In this document: positions 9,361 through 17,526 of the stretch, one piece after another
Layout: each line of letters begins with the position of its first letter
Position numbering within the stretch: the first letter of the stretch is position 1
Source: Vibrio vulnificus CMCP6
Lineage (GTDB): Bacteria; Pseudomonadota; Gammaproteobacteria; Enterobacterales; Vibrionaceae
Assembly: GCF_000039765.1 (NCBI RefSeq)
Contig: NC_004460.2
Span: 90,001-122,000 of the forward strand
Direction of reading: 5' to 3'
Length of the DNA: 32,000 bases
Notes under the pieces: generated by a model
Databases searched by the model: none
What the model saw: only the letters and a program-made list of their open reading frames with translations
Told to the model about the DNA's origin: nothing
Made by a program: the position numbers and the translations under genes

Positions 9361-9884
9361 AAAAAAGGCAGAAGGGTGCCTTAACCGTTGAGGTTGCACT
9401 TGGTTTACCTGTTTTACTCATCATGATCTTTAGTTGGATTGAGCTCTGTATGCTGAGTTATTCAATTAGTGTTTCCGACCATGCTTTGACACTGTCGGTC
9501 ATCAAGACCAAAAAAGCGGGGACATCCAACGCCACGACCCCACAGGAGTATCAAAAACTGTTGGAAAAAACCATTAATGAAAATGCTGGTGTGGCGTGGA
9601 AATATTTGGCTAAAGAAGAAAGCGTCAATATTACGGTCGATTATTTCAAAAACTATCAGGACTTTGTAACTTGCAACGTCGGTTATGACGATATTGAAAC
9701 TTGTCCTGAGCGAAAAGACAAACCAAAGGATATGGCGATAGCGATGTATCGTATGCAGTACACCTATAACACGATTTTGGATGGTGTGTTACCAGATTTT
9801 CAAGTGAAGCGTGAGCTTATGGCTATTCAAGAATATGAGCGTTGCGCATTTAAAATTGGTGGAGGGTCGGGCTGTGAAAGCTAA
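9357..9884 (+). CDS. tadE: Tad minor pseudopilin TadE-like
   Basis: Prepilin-like QKGALTVEVALGLPVLLIMIFSWIEL N-terminus, locus order. Confidence 0.78.
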   Translation: MKKRQKGALTVEVALGLPVLLIMIFSWIELCMLSYSISVSDHALTLSVIKTKKAGTSNATTPQEYQKLLEKTINENAGVAWKYLAKEESVNITVDYFKNYQDFVTCNVGYDDIETCPERKDKPKDMAIAMYRMQYTYNTILDGVLPDFQVKRELMAIQEYERCAFKIGGGSGCES

Positions 9885-10455
9885 GCAACAAGGTGCTTTT
9901 ATGGTGGAGCTGGCATTGGTATTAATGTTTTTCTCAGGTTTATTTGTTGTGATGACCAACTATGTTGTTGCCATCAATACCAAAGGACAACTCGATCGCT
10001 CCGTTTATTCACTCACAACGATCATGGCGGAAAGAAAGCAATTTTTTGATGGTGAGCTAGATATCTGTGGTAGAGCCGATCCTTACTGCTCTGAAACAAA
10101 GAGAGCCGTAAACTATCTATCCAAAGCCTCCTTAAAGCGCATGATGCCGGGCTTTGATGAGTCTAAGTTTGGTGTATTTGTCGAACAGCTTGCGGTAGAG
10201 GGCGATAAGCCAAGCAACTTTCGAAAACGCTATAAAAAATTTAGTAGTGGCGCGACCGACGGTTGTAATTTGCCAAATCTAGACAATCTCACTAAAGAAG
10301 AGGCACTAGAGCTGTTGCCAATTACTTCTCGTAACCGTCGCTTGCCGATGTATCAAATCACGCTTTGTTACGAAACTCCGTTCAATATCTTTGGTTTGGC
10401 AGAGGGCAATGTCATTAAAGCGGTATCCTCGTCATTTTCGTTTGCGAGGGTCTAG
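9874..10455 (+). CDS. tadF: Tad minor pseudopilin TadF-like
   Basis: KAKQQGAFMVELALVLMFFSGLFVVMTNYVVAINTKGQLDRSVYSLTTIMAERKQFF. GTG start at 9874 overlaps tadE. Confidence 0.8.
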   Translation: MKAKQQGAFMVELALVLMFFSGLFVVMTNYVVAINTKGQLDRSVYSLTTIMAERKQFFDGELDICGRADPYCSETKRAVNYLSKASLKRMMPGFDESKFGVFVEQLAVEGDKPSNFRKRYKKFSSGATDGCNLPNLDNLTKEEALELLPITSRNRRLPMYQITLCYETPFNIFGLAEGNVIKAVSSSFSFARV

Positions 10456-10456
10456 T

Positions 10457-11737
10457 ATGTCCATCAAAAAGCAACAAGGGGTCGCGGGCATTATTTTTAT
10501 GGGCATGTTGCCAATTCTTGTGATCATCATGGTGTTCTCTATGCAAATGACTCAAAGGCATATGGCGCACGCCAAAATTACAGAAGCGGCGGAAGTGGCG
10601 AGCTTGGCTTTAATTGCGAGCCCCAAAGAGGGTGATGAGAAGAACCAAGAATACGCACAAAAGATTGTTGATCACTATATTCCAGACAACAAAGGCGAAG
10701 TCGTGGCTCGAGTGTTTCATCGACGCTGCGAGTACAAAGACGGCTGCGTGCAGCGCAGCGGTGAGCTTGCACCTTTTACCGATTTTGTTGTTTCTGCTAA
10801 AACCAAGCACGACTCCTGGATTTCTTACAATGACGGCGAGATGGGATTAACCAAAGACTTTGAAGTTATGGGGACATCTACGTCTAGAAAATTTCTCCCA
10901 CAACCCCTAGATATTTACTTCATTATCGATATGAGTGGCTCGATGGTGAATCCTTGGGGAGGAAGTGGCAAGACGAAATATGATGTAGTTGCAGACACGA
11001 TCAACCGAATCGTGGACGACCTGCGGGAGTTTAAAACAGATAGGAAAAGTCGAGTGGCGGTGATTGGGTTTCACCATACTGCAGTTAAGCAGGTTGGCCG
11101 ACAGCGTACGGCGTTTGACTATTCCTCATATAGGACACCATCAGCCACGGTGAATAACATGTTTACTGCACCGAAAATCCACTCGCGGAACGATTCCAGC
11201 AATATTAAAACATTCGAGGATATCCCTTTAACTGAAGACTATGACGCATTTCTAACTAAGTTTAACAGTTCAAATTATTATGCTTCCCGATACGGCCTAA
11301 CTGAATCTTGGCAAGGCATTATTGGTGCAGCCCAAATGGCTGAGCAAGCCACGGACTTAAATCCGGAGCAAGTATTTATTTTGCTTTCTGATGGTAGAGA
11401 TGGTGATTTTGTTCGCTACTACTTGGAAGGTAGGCAGTGGCGTGAAGTTCGATACAATAAATATCTAAACCGACTTGTAAAGGCAGGTTTGTGCGAAAAG
11501 TTAAAAACGAGAATTTCACAAAAAAGAAACGTTTTCCAAAGTGAAAACCCTAGTGACAAAGCGTCAAAGACCAAGGTGACGATGGGGGTTATTGGGGTTA
11601 ACTACGTCGTAGACAAAAGCGATGGGATTGGCGACTGCTTTGGTCACGACAATATCTATCATGCCAAAGAAGGCAATGACGTATACAAATATATTTTGAA
11701 TCTCATTAATGAAGAGACAGGTAGACTTAAGGATTAA
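10457..11737 (+). CDS. tadG: TadG-like protein with von Willebrand factor A domain
   Basis: KKQQGVAGIIFMGMLPILVIIMVFSMQMTQ N-terminus, MIDAS-like DIYFIIDMSGSMV, and VFILLSDGRDGD. ATG at 10457 is preferred to the track start at 10391. Confidence 0.87.
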   Translation: MSIKKQQGVAGIIFMGMLPILVIIMVFSMQMTQRHMAHAKITEAAEVASLALIASPKEGDEKNQEYAQKIVDHYIPDNKGEVVARVFHRRCEYKDGCVQRSGELAPFTDFVVSAKTKHDSWISYNDGEMGLTKDFEVMGTSTSRKFLPQPLDIYFIIDMSGSMVNPWGGSGKTKYDVVADTINRIVDDLREFKTDRKSRVAVIGFHHTAVKQVGRQRTAFDYSSYRTPSATVNNMFTAPKIHSRNDSSNIKTFEDIPLTEDYDAFLTKFNSSNYYASRYGLTESWQGIIGAAQMAEQATDLNPEQVFILLSDGRDGDFVRYYLEGRQWREVRYNKYLNRLVKAGLCEKLKTRISQKRNVFQSENPSDKASKTKVTMGVIGVNYVVDKSDGIGDCFGHDNIYHAKEGNDVYKYILNLINEETGRLKD

Positions 11738-11738
11738 A

Positions 11739-12305
11739 ATGAAAAAAACACTGCCTTTACTGTTACTGGTGCTGCTTTCCAATTATGCCCAGGCCAATTG
11801 TGTCAATACATCAGAAGAACAGATCATAACCAAAACATTGCTCTCAACGCATTACAAAACCACACAAAGCGAAGGCTCGATTGTGGTTGATGAAGGACAG
11901 ACGGAAGCCCGTGTCTTGAATCGTGATGTGCAGAAAGTAAAAGCACAAAACAGCAGTGAACATTGCTTCTTCGATGAGAAAAAAATGTCACTGGTGCTGA
12001 ATTACCAGCACAACAAATTCGGTTTAACCGATATCCATCAAGATGCGATTCGTAGCTATATTGGTATTGTTGACCCAAATCGTAAAATTTCAGTGGAAGG
12101 GCATGCCGACAGCACAGGCTCAGATACTTACAATAAGCAGTTGTCTGCAAGACGTGCCAACACCGTAGCCCGTTTCCTCAAGAAAGATCTGGGTTTGGGC
12201 AATCGAATCGTAGAAAAGGCGTTTGGTGAAACCACTCCAATCTGTGCGGCGGAAGAAAACCAGCAGAATGGTTGCAACCGTCGAGTCGTTCTCACTTTGG
12301 AGTAG
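11739..12305 (+). CDS. OmpA-family outer-membrane protein of the tad locus
   Basis: Signal peptide (MKKTLPLLLLVLLSNYAQA) and OmpA C-terminal domain ISVEGHADSTGSDTYNKQLSARRANTVARFLKKDLGL...NRRVVLTLE. Confidence 0.88.
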   Translation: MKKTLPLLLLVLLSNYAQANCVNTSEEQIITKTLLSTHYKTTQSEGSIVVDEGQTEARVLNRDVQKVKAQNSSEHCFFDEKKMSLVLNYQHNKFGLTDIHQDAIRSYIGIVDPNRKISVEGHADSTGSDTYNKQLSARRANTVARFLKKDLGLGNRIVEKAFGETTPICAAEENQQNGCNRRVVLTLE

Positions 12306-12395
12306 CCGATGGGCTTTCTGGCGGTTATCTGCATTTTGATCATGATGTGCGGAGCTTTGAGCGGCATTTAGCCTTTTACCGCTTAAAGTGATTAA

Positions 12396-12433
12396 AAATC
12401 CCCTTATTTTAATCCGATAAGGGGATTTCTTTT
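12396..12433 (+). terminator. Rho-independent terminator after the tad operon
   Basis: Perfect 11-bp stem AAATCCCCTTA / TAAGGGGATTT with an 11-nt loop followed by CTTTTTG. Confidence 0.9.
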
Positions 12434-12543
12434 TGTTCGCCAAACGCCTTGATGCAAGGTTCATTGAGAGTGACTCATTGTTGCCTAATTGGTACGCCAA
12501 GTCGTTTGGCTATTGGTATCTTCGGGAAGGTTGTTATGCGAGT

Positions 12544-12924
12544 TTATTGCTGACAGAACAAGCCTAGCTTAGCCGTTTGGGTAATTTGATATTCGCCTTT
12601 CAGGTTGCGATACACGATGGTGTTCCAAGAGCTTCCATTTTCTAACTGAAATTCAATAGCATAATTAACACCACTAACCACTTGGGTATGAGCTGACAGC
12701 ACTTCTTTCAAAGGGGAGTTAGTGTTCATTTGCTCAAGCACCATGTCGAGTGCTTGCATCACTTGGTGATCGATTTCAGCGTTATGCCAGCCTCCGGGCA
12801 TACTTTCTGTAGAGCTGCAGATCGCGGTATGACGTTCGTTCAACGTATTGTTTTCTTGAGGTTCTTGCTGACATCCTGCCAGTAAAAATAGCGTTGCCGC
12901 TGCAACTGCTAGTTTTGCTTTCAT
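12544..12924 (-). CDS. Cystatin-like lipoprotein
   Basis: Lipobox LFLLAGCQQ; PGGW near mature N-terminus; QVVSGVNYAIEFQLENGSSWNTIVYRN matches the cystatin QxVxG hairpin context. Confidence 0.75.
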   Translation of the reverse strand: MKAKLAVAAATLFLLAGCQQEPQENNTLNERHTAICSSTESMPGGWHNAEIDHQVMQALDMVLEQMNTNSPLKEVLSAHTQVVSGVNYAIEFQLENGSSWNTIVYRNLKGEYQITQTAKLGLFCQQ

Positions 12925-13088
12925 GGGGATACCTTGTAGTGAATTGAAAGAGAAGTATAGCCAAGTCTATCGACTGTCTATGTGCGGAGAGTGTCAGAAA
13001 AGTTTGAAATTTAAGAAAAATGGAGCAGCCTCTCTAATAAACATTGCTAGACTAACTAAGGTAGCGGCTCAATAGGTATGACTCAGCA

Positions 13089-14015
13089 ATGCTTAAAAGT
13101 TATGGCTTGTGGTTCATTATCATTCTTTGCACCCTTTTCTACTGGGGGGTAAAAGCGCAAACCCATTTATGGTGGGCCGAAAACATATCGGCTTATCCCG
13201 CACTGTTTATTTTGCCTCTTGCGGTTGTCGCATTCATCAGTTTGGGGTTACGTGCGTGGATACCAATGCTGGCATCCATTGGGCTCATCATTTATTTCAC
13301 GGCCATTGGTGTGCCGAAAGGGATGGTTTCGAAAGGGGAGTGCCGAAATAGCGTCCGTCTATTTCAGTACAATATGTTGTTCTCTAACCAACATGTCGAC
13401 CAATTGATCGACTACCTATCACGGGTGCAGCCTGATCTCGTTTTGCTACAAGAAGTCACAGCCCAACATTTAGAGCAGTTAAAAATGTTGGATGACGTAT
13501 ACCGCTATCGCTTCGGTGGCCAGCCGAAAGTGGGCCTACCGTCGCATCAGCTTATTTTTTCTCGCCAGCCTTTATATGGCATGGATGTTTTTTACATCGA
13601 AGGCTATCAAAATCTCACCCGAGGCATTTGGCAAGTGGATGAAGAACACCCTGTATTCTTGCTTACCGCCCACCCACCTTCACCTCGCAACAAAGAGATG
13701 TGGCTGAGACGTAACGCGCTTATTCAGGCGCTAGAATACCAAGCGACACAAAGCCCGACGAAAGATATTTTAATCATGGGCGACATGAATCTTTCTGCGA
13801 ACAGTGAGCGCTTTGACACGCTTTTTTCTGGAATGCAAACTGCCCCTATTGCAAGTTGGCCAAACTTACCGACATTGACACTGCCGTCATGGCTGCAAAT
13901 TTCCATCGATCACTTATGGCTCAACAGTGATTTTGCTATCTGCAAAAGGGAGTCTATCGATGAAGTGATTGGTTCAGATCATCGAGCCATCATGACTTAT
14001 CTAAACATTCAATGA
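13089..14015 (+). CDS. Endonuclease/exonuclease/phosphatase family protein with N-terminal transmembrane helices
   Basis: Two or more TMs, then LFQYNMLFSN, PDLVLLQEV, ILIMGDMNLS, SIDHLW and GSDHRAIMTYL motifs of the EEP fold. Confidence 0.88.
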   Translation: MLKSYGLWFIIILCTLFYWGVKAQTHLWWAENISAYPALFILPLAVVAFISLGLRAWIPMLASIGLIIYFTAIGVPKGMVSKGECRNSVRLFQYNMLFSNQHVDQLIDYLSRVQPDLVLLQEVTAQHLEQLKMLDDVYRYRFGGQPKVGLPSHQLIFSRQPLYGMDVFYIEGYQNLTRGIWQVDEEHPVFLLTAHPPSPRNKEMWLRRNALIQALEYQATQSPTKDILIMGDMNLSANSERFDTLFSGMQTAPIASWPNLPTLTLPSWLQISIDHLWLNSDFAICKRESIDEVIGSDHRAIMTYLNIQ

Positions 14016-14118
14016 GAGTGCAAAACGGAAGAATGTTGAAAAATCCCCCATACTGCGCGCGAACCGTACTGAGGCGATGGCAAACTAACCATTTGATTCA
14101 AAAAGTTTGTTTTTGTTA

Positions 14119-14146
14119 TTGACCCAAATAAAAAATCCGTTAAAGT
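14119..14146 (+). promoter_or_regulatory. Putative sigma-70 promoter for the tRNA-Leu/tRNA-Cys unit
   Basis: TTGACC (14119-14124), 16-nt spacer, TAAAGT (14141-14146), followed by ACGCCTC, which is GC-rich. Confidence 0.6.
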
Positions 14147-14207
14147 ACGCCTCGTTCTCACGGCGAAGGTCGTTAGAGCAGGTGGTGTTACCATCGCAGT
14201 ATGCGTT

Positions 14208-14293
14208 GCCCTGGTGGTGAAATTGGTAGACACAAGGGATTTAAAATCCCTCGACTTTCGAGTCGTGCCGGTTCAAGTCCGGCCCGGGGCACC
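14208..14293 (+). tRNA. tRNA-Leu (anticodon UAA)
   Basis: GCCCTGG...CCGGGGC acceptor stem pairs, anticodon loop TTTAAAA, variable arm, TTCAAGTCC T-loop, encoded CCA. Confidence 0.97.
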
Positions 14294-14325
14294 ATCCTAA
14301 CTCAAACCAGCAATGGTTATCTAAA

Positions 14326-14399
14326 AGGCGCGTTGGCAGAGTGGCTATGCAGCGGATTGCAAATCCGTGGACCTCGGTTCGACTCCGGGACGCGCCTCC
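14326..14399 (+). tRNA. tRNA-Cys (anticodon GCA)
   Basis: GGCGCGT...ACGCGCC acceptor stem, anticodon loop TTGCAAA, TTCGACTCC T-loop, encoded TCCA end. Confidence 0.97.
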
Positions 14400-14619
14400 A
14401 TTCTCTTCTCTTGTTTTCGTTCTATTTGCTCACGACCTTATTCAATAATTCCTTGTAATCATTGAGTTAATCTTTGTTTTTTCTTCTCCCTCTTTCATTT
14501 TGTTTCAGCGACAAACGCGATGTGATCTGCGACGCAATGATTGCGTTATTACTCTAGCTATTTTATAAACTACATGAATCGTTTTTGATTAATGGATAAC
14601 GTTAACTAGAGGTAGCAAC

Positions 14620-14874
14620 ATGGAACAGTTGGGCGACATTTTAATTGTTTTGATTATTTTCACCGCCATTTTTGGTAGTGGCATGCTAAAAATCGTTTTA
14701 AATCATCGTGAAAAGGTTAAGGCGTTAGAGTTGACGAAAACGGAAGGTGCGTCTGCTGATGTGCAAAGAGAGATGCAGCAACAGATCGATAAGCTGACCC
14801 AGCGTATTATTGTGTTAGAGAAAATCGTCACCGACCAAAAATATCAGTTAGAGAAAGAGATCGCTTCCCTGTAG
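14620..14874 (+). CDS. Small membrane-anchored coiled-coil protein (PspB-like topology)
   Basis: GGTAGCAAC leader then ATG; single N-terminal TM plus charged coiled coil (EMQQQIDKLTQRIIVLEKIVTDQKYQLEKEI). Confidence 0.7.
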   Translation: MEQLGDILIVLIIFTAIFGSGMLKIVLNHREKVKALELTKTEGASADVQREMQQQIDKLTQRIIVLEKIVTDQKYQLEKEIASL

Positions 14875-14939
14875 CGAATGTCGGCATGAAAAATTATCGA
14901 GAAGAGACCATGGGTCTCTTTTTGCTTTTGAGCGTCTGT

Positions 14940-15767
14940 TTATCGTTCGTCAAAAAAATCTTTATTTCGGATATATTTGCTCATTAGGTGGTAAGTGAAT
15001 GGTCGGATAAGCCAACTGAGCACTGAGCGACCCAAGCGCTCATAAGTAGGGGTATTTTCATAGATTCTACCGTTATAGAGCCAGAGCAATTTTCCACTGT
15101 GAGAATACAGTAAGGGCAGTGGTGGCATAAAGGTAACGATATCGAGGTCGCAGCAAATTCGATAGGTTTTATGTGCCAAAGAATAGTGTTTGGCAAAGCG
15201 CCAGTCGCCAATGGCAGGTTGGCCAAACGTGACCACACGTTTAATTGATTTTGGGTATTTTCGTTCAAAATAATCGGCAAAAACACAGCCAATAGCACCA
15301 CCAGATGAGTGACCGGTGATCGCGATACGCTTCCCCTCTTTGATGCGTTCAAGCAAAATTTGCTCAAGCTTTTCAAGCACCGTCATTCCGAGGTGATCTT
15401 GATTCCTCGATGGCTGGCTCTCTTGAGTTAACAGGTGATGGAACCCAGCATGAATACGATAGGGAAGACCAAGAGACTGGGTGCTTTTTGTCCATAATGC
15501 GAAGTTAAGCAGCCAGTCGCTAAGGCTGTGTGAGCCTTTAATGACGACCACCACTTCATCCGCATTTTTACTCCACAGCACACGAATCATGGTTTTGCCA
15601 AATTGGTTTTTGATGATGCGTTGTCCATTTGGATCGAAACCATAGCGTGTTTGCTTAAACACCCTTGGATAGGCGAGGTTGCACAGAACAGCGTAGCGTT
15701 CGTATTGATAACGTTTGAGTGGTTTCACGGTGAGCATGTGACTGAAGTTCTTGAAGCCATAGTGCAA
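14940..15767 (-). CDS. Class 3 lipase-like alpha/beta hydrolase
   Basis: GHSSGGAIGCVFADYF nucleophile elbow, VVVVIKGSHSLSDWLLNF, VTFGQPAIGDWRF, D and H candidates downstream. Confidence 0.85.
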   Translation of the reverse strand: MHYGFKNFSHMLTVKPLKRYQYERYAVLCNLAYPRVFKQTRYGFDPNGQRIIKNQFGKTMIRVLWSKNADEVVVVIKGSHSLSDWLLNFALWTKSTQSLGLPYRIHAGFHHLLTQESQPSRNQDHLGMTVLEKLEQILLERIKEGKRIAITGHSSGGAIGCVFADYFERKYPKSIKRVVTFGQPAIGDWRFAKHYSLAHKTYRICCDLDIVTFMPPLPLLYSHSGKLLWLYNGRIYENTPTYERLGRSVLSWLIRPFTYHLMSKYIRNKDFFDER

Positions 15768-15795
15768 AGCGAAGATGAAATAAAAATGACAAACG

Positions 15796-15820
15796 AAAAA
15801 ACAGGGCGTTTAAGCCCTGT
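15796..15820 (-). terminator. Rho-independent terminator for the minus-strand DASS transporter gene
   Basis: On the minus strand: ACAGGGC / GCCCTGT stem followed by TTTTTCG, just downstream of the transporter stop at 15846. Confidence 0.75.
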
Positions 15821-15845
15821 TGTACATCGTTTTTTCGCGCACTTA

Positions 15846-17255
15846 TTACCAAAGACCGAGCACTTTCCACCACATACCTCCGACAAAGATGAAAATGGGG
15901 ATAACGATGAGTGAGAAGACAAAGCCGATCTTCCACCAGTTCTGTAAGCTGTGGAACCCTGCGCCAAACAGAATCGGCGCGGGGCCAGACGAATAGTGGG
16001 TGGTCGACATATACAAGTTACTAAAAATACCCAACACAATCGCAGCCAGCATAGGCGGTACACCTGCTGAGATGGCGATGGCTAAGAAAGCGGAATACAT
16101 GGCGCTGATATGGGCCATCGCACTCGCCATTAAGTAGTGACTGTAGTAGTAAACCAGCAAGAGCAAAATAATGGTGGTTGCCCAACCAAAACCAGAAAGC
16201 GACTCGCCGATGCCGTTACTAAACCATTTGATAAAGCCCAACTTATTCAGTTCAGACGCCATCATGATGAGCACCGCAAACCAAGTAATGGTGTGCCACG
16301 CTTCTTTTTCACTGAGTACTGCGTCCCAAGTGATGGTTCGGCTTAGCAACAAGAAGACGAGGCCAATCAATGCGGTGACGGTAGCGTGAATGCCGAGTGT
16401 TGGGCCCAGTACCCATAGTGTGACCATGCCAATGAATGTGGCGCACACCATGATTTCATCGCGGGTCATGGCCCCCATTTGTTGCAACTTCTCTTTTGCA
16501 ATCGCGCGCATTTCTGGCGTCTTTTTCAGCTCTGGTGGAAAGAACAGATACATCGCGAGTGGGATGAGGAAAAGACACAGCAGCCCGGGCACGATCGCCG
16601 CTGCTGCCCAACCAGCCCAAGTTATTTCGACCCCCTGTTCTTTTGCAAAGTTAGCGGCCAGTGGGTTACCTGCCATAGAGGTGAGGAACATGGCACAAGT
16701 AATGGCGTTACATTGGAAAATACACTGCACTAAGAATGCGCCAATACGGTTTTGGGTCCCTTTCTCTGGGTCAGAGTCATAGGCGCTGGCAACCGAGCGG
16801 AAAAGCGGGGCAATGATACCACCACAGCGAGCCGTGGTACTCGGGGTGGCTGGAGCGAACAGCAGATCGGTGAGAACTAAACCATAGGCTAAACCCAGCG
16901 AGTTATGACCCAATTTCGAGATAAACCAGTAACCAACGCGGCGGCCAAATCCTGTGGTAATGAAACCACGTGAAATAAAGAAGGCTGCAGCAATCATCCA
17001 AATTGTTGGATGGGCAAAGCCATTCAACGCCGTTTTTATGGGCAAAACACCCAATAAAGTTGCAGCGGTTAACCCCAAAAGAGCCATTGCACCAAGGGGC
17101 AACGGGGCGAGAATCAAACTGAGCACTGTGGTCACGAAGATGACCATCATCTGCCACGCTTGTTCTGTCAAACCATCAGGGACGGGTAAAAACCACAACA
17201 CGCTACCCAAGACAAAAAGGGACAGCAGTTTTAAGTTTGTGCTATTCATAATCAA
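15846..17255 (-). CDS. DASS (CitT/SLC13-type) sodium- or anion-coupled dicarboxylate/citrate transporter
   Basis: About 469 aa polytopic protein with NPLAANFAKEQGVEITWAGWAAAAIVPGLL, LTSMAGNPLA, and C-terminal STTHYSSGPAPILFGAGF. Confidence 0.88.
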   Translation of the reverse strand: MIMNSTNLKLLSLFVLGSVLWFLPVPDGLTEQAWQMMVIFVTTVLSLILAPLPLGAMALLGLTAATLLGVLPIKTALNGFAHPTIWMIAAAFFISRGFITTGFGRRVGYWFISKLGHNSLGLAYGLVLTDLLFAPATPSTTARCGGIIAPLFRSVASAYDSDPEKGTQNRIGAFLVQCIFQCNAITCAMFLTSMAGNPLAANFAKEQGVEITWAGWAAAAIVPGLLCLFLIPLAMYLFFPPELKKTPEMRAIAKEKLQQMGAMTRDEIMVCATFIGMVTLWVLGPTLGIHATVTALIGLVFLLLSRTITWDAVLSEKEAWHTITWFAVLIMMASELNKLGFIKWFSNGIGESLSGFGWATTIILLLLVYYYSHYLMASAMAHISAMYSAFLAIAISAGVPPMLAAIVLGIFSNLYMSTTHYSSGPAPILFGAGFHSLQNWWKIGFVFSLIVIPIFIFVGGMWWKVLGLW

Positions 17256-17526
17256 ACCTCCAAAGTGTTGTACTCATCTTAAGTGCTCAGTGGTGTCGAA
17301 AAGTGAGCCAAATCAATTTCATTAAGGTATTGATTTTTAGGTTGTTAATTTTGTAACTGAGTGAAAAGTCACTTTGAAAAAAGCGTGAGATTAAGAAAAT
17401 TAAACCAATAAAAATCATAAAATTTAAACCAGCGATCAGAGTCATGTTTTTGCATCGAAAGAGACGGAATACTCTCCACTTCGCGGTATTCTGGAGGCGT
17501 CGTTTTTCCTCATTAGCCACGATTCG

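Noticed and set aside
10578-10850. Three overlapping ORFs on both strands inside tadG
   Set aside because: All lie within the vWA/TadG coding sequence and have no features of their own.
411-12305. Tad/Flp cluster considered as a possibly novel secretion or surface system
   Set aside because: All essential genes match the well-described tad/cpa/rcp set in familiar order; only individual features (GGT tail, Ala -1, SPOR fusion) merit attention.
12120-12500. 126-aa minus-strand ORF and other ORFs overlapping the OmpA gene end and the terminator
   Set aside because: Crosses a strong Rho-independent terminator and the conserved OmpA domain; no RBS or family signal.
14201-14458. 85-aa plus-strand ORF in the track
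   Set aside because: It runs directly through tRNA-Leu and tRNA-Cys and has no RBS; chance open frame.
15603-16063. Several plus-strand ORFs opposite the lipase and DASS genes
   Set aside because: Antisense to conserved proteins, crossing the terminator at 15796-15820; no independent evidence.
17287-17520. 77-aa minus-strand ORF between the DASS transporter and the sensor kinase
   Set aside because: It fills the divergent intergenic region, has no recognised family, and the region also looks regulatory (AT-rich, inverted repeat). The hydrophobic stretch could be chance, so not called.
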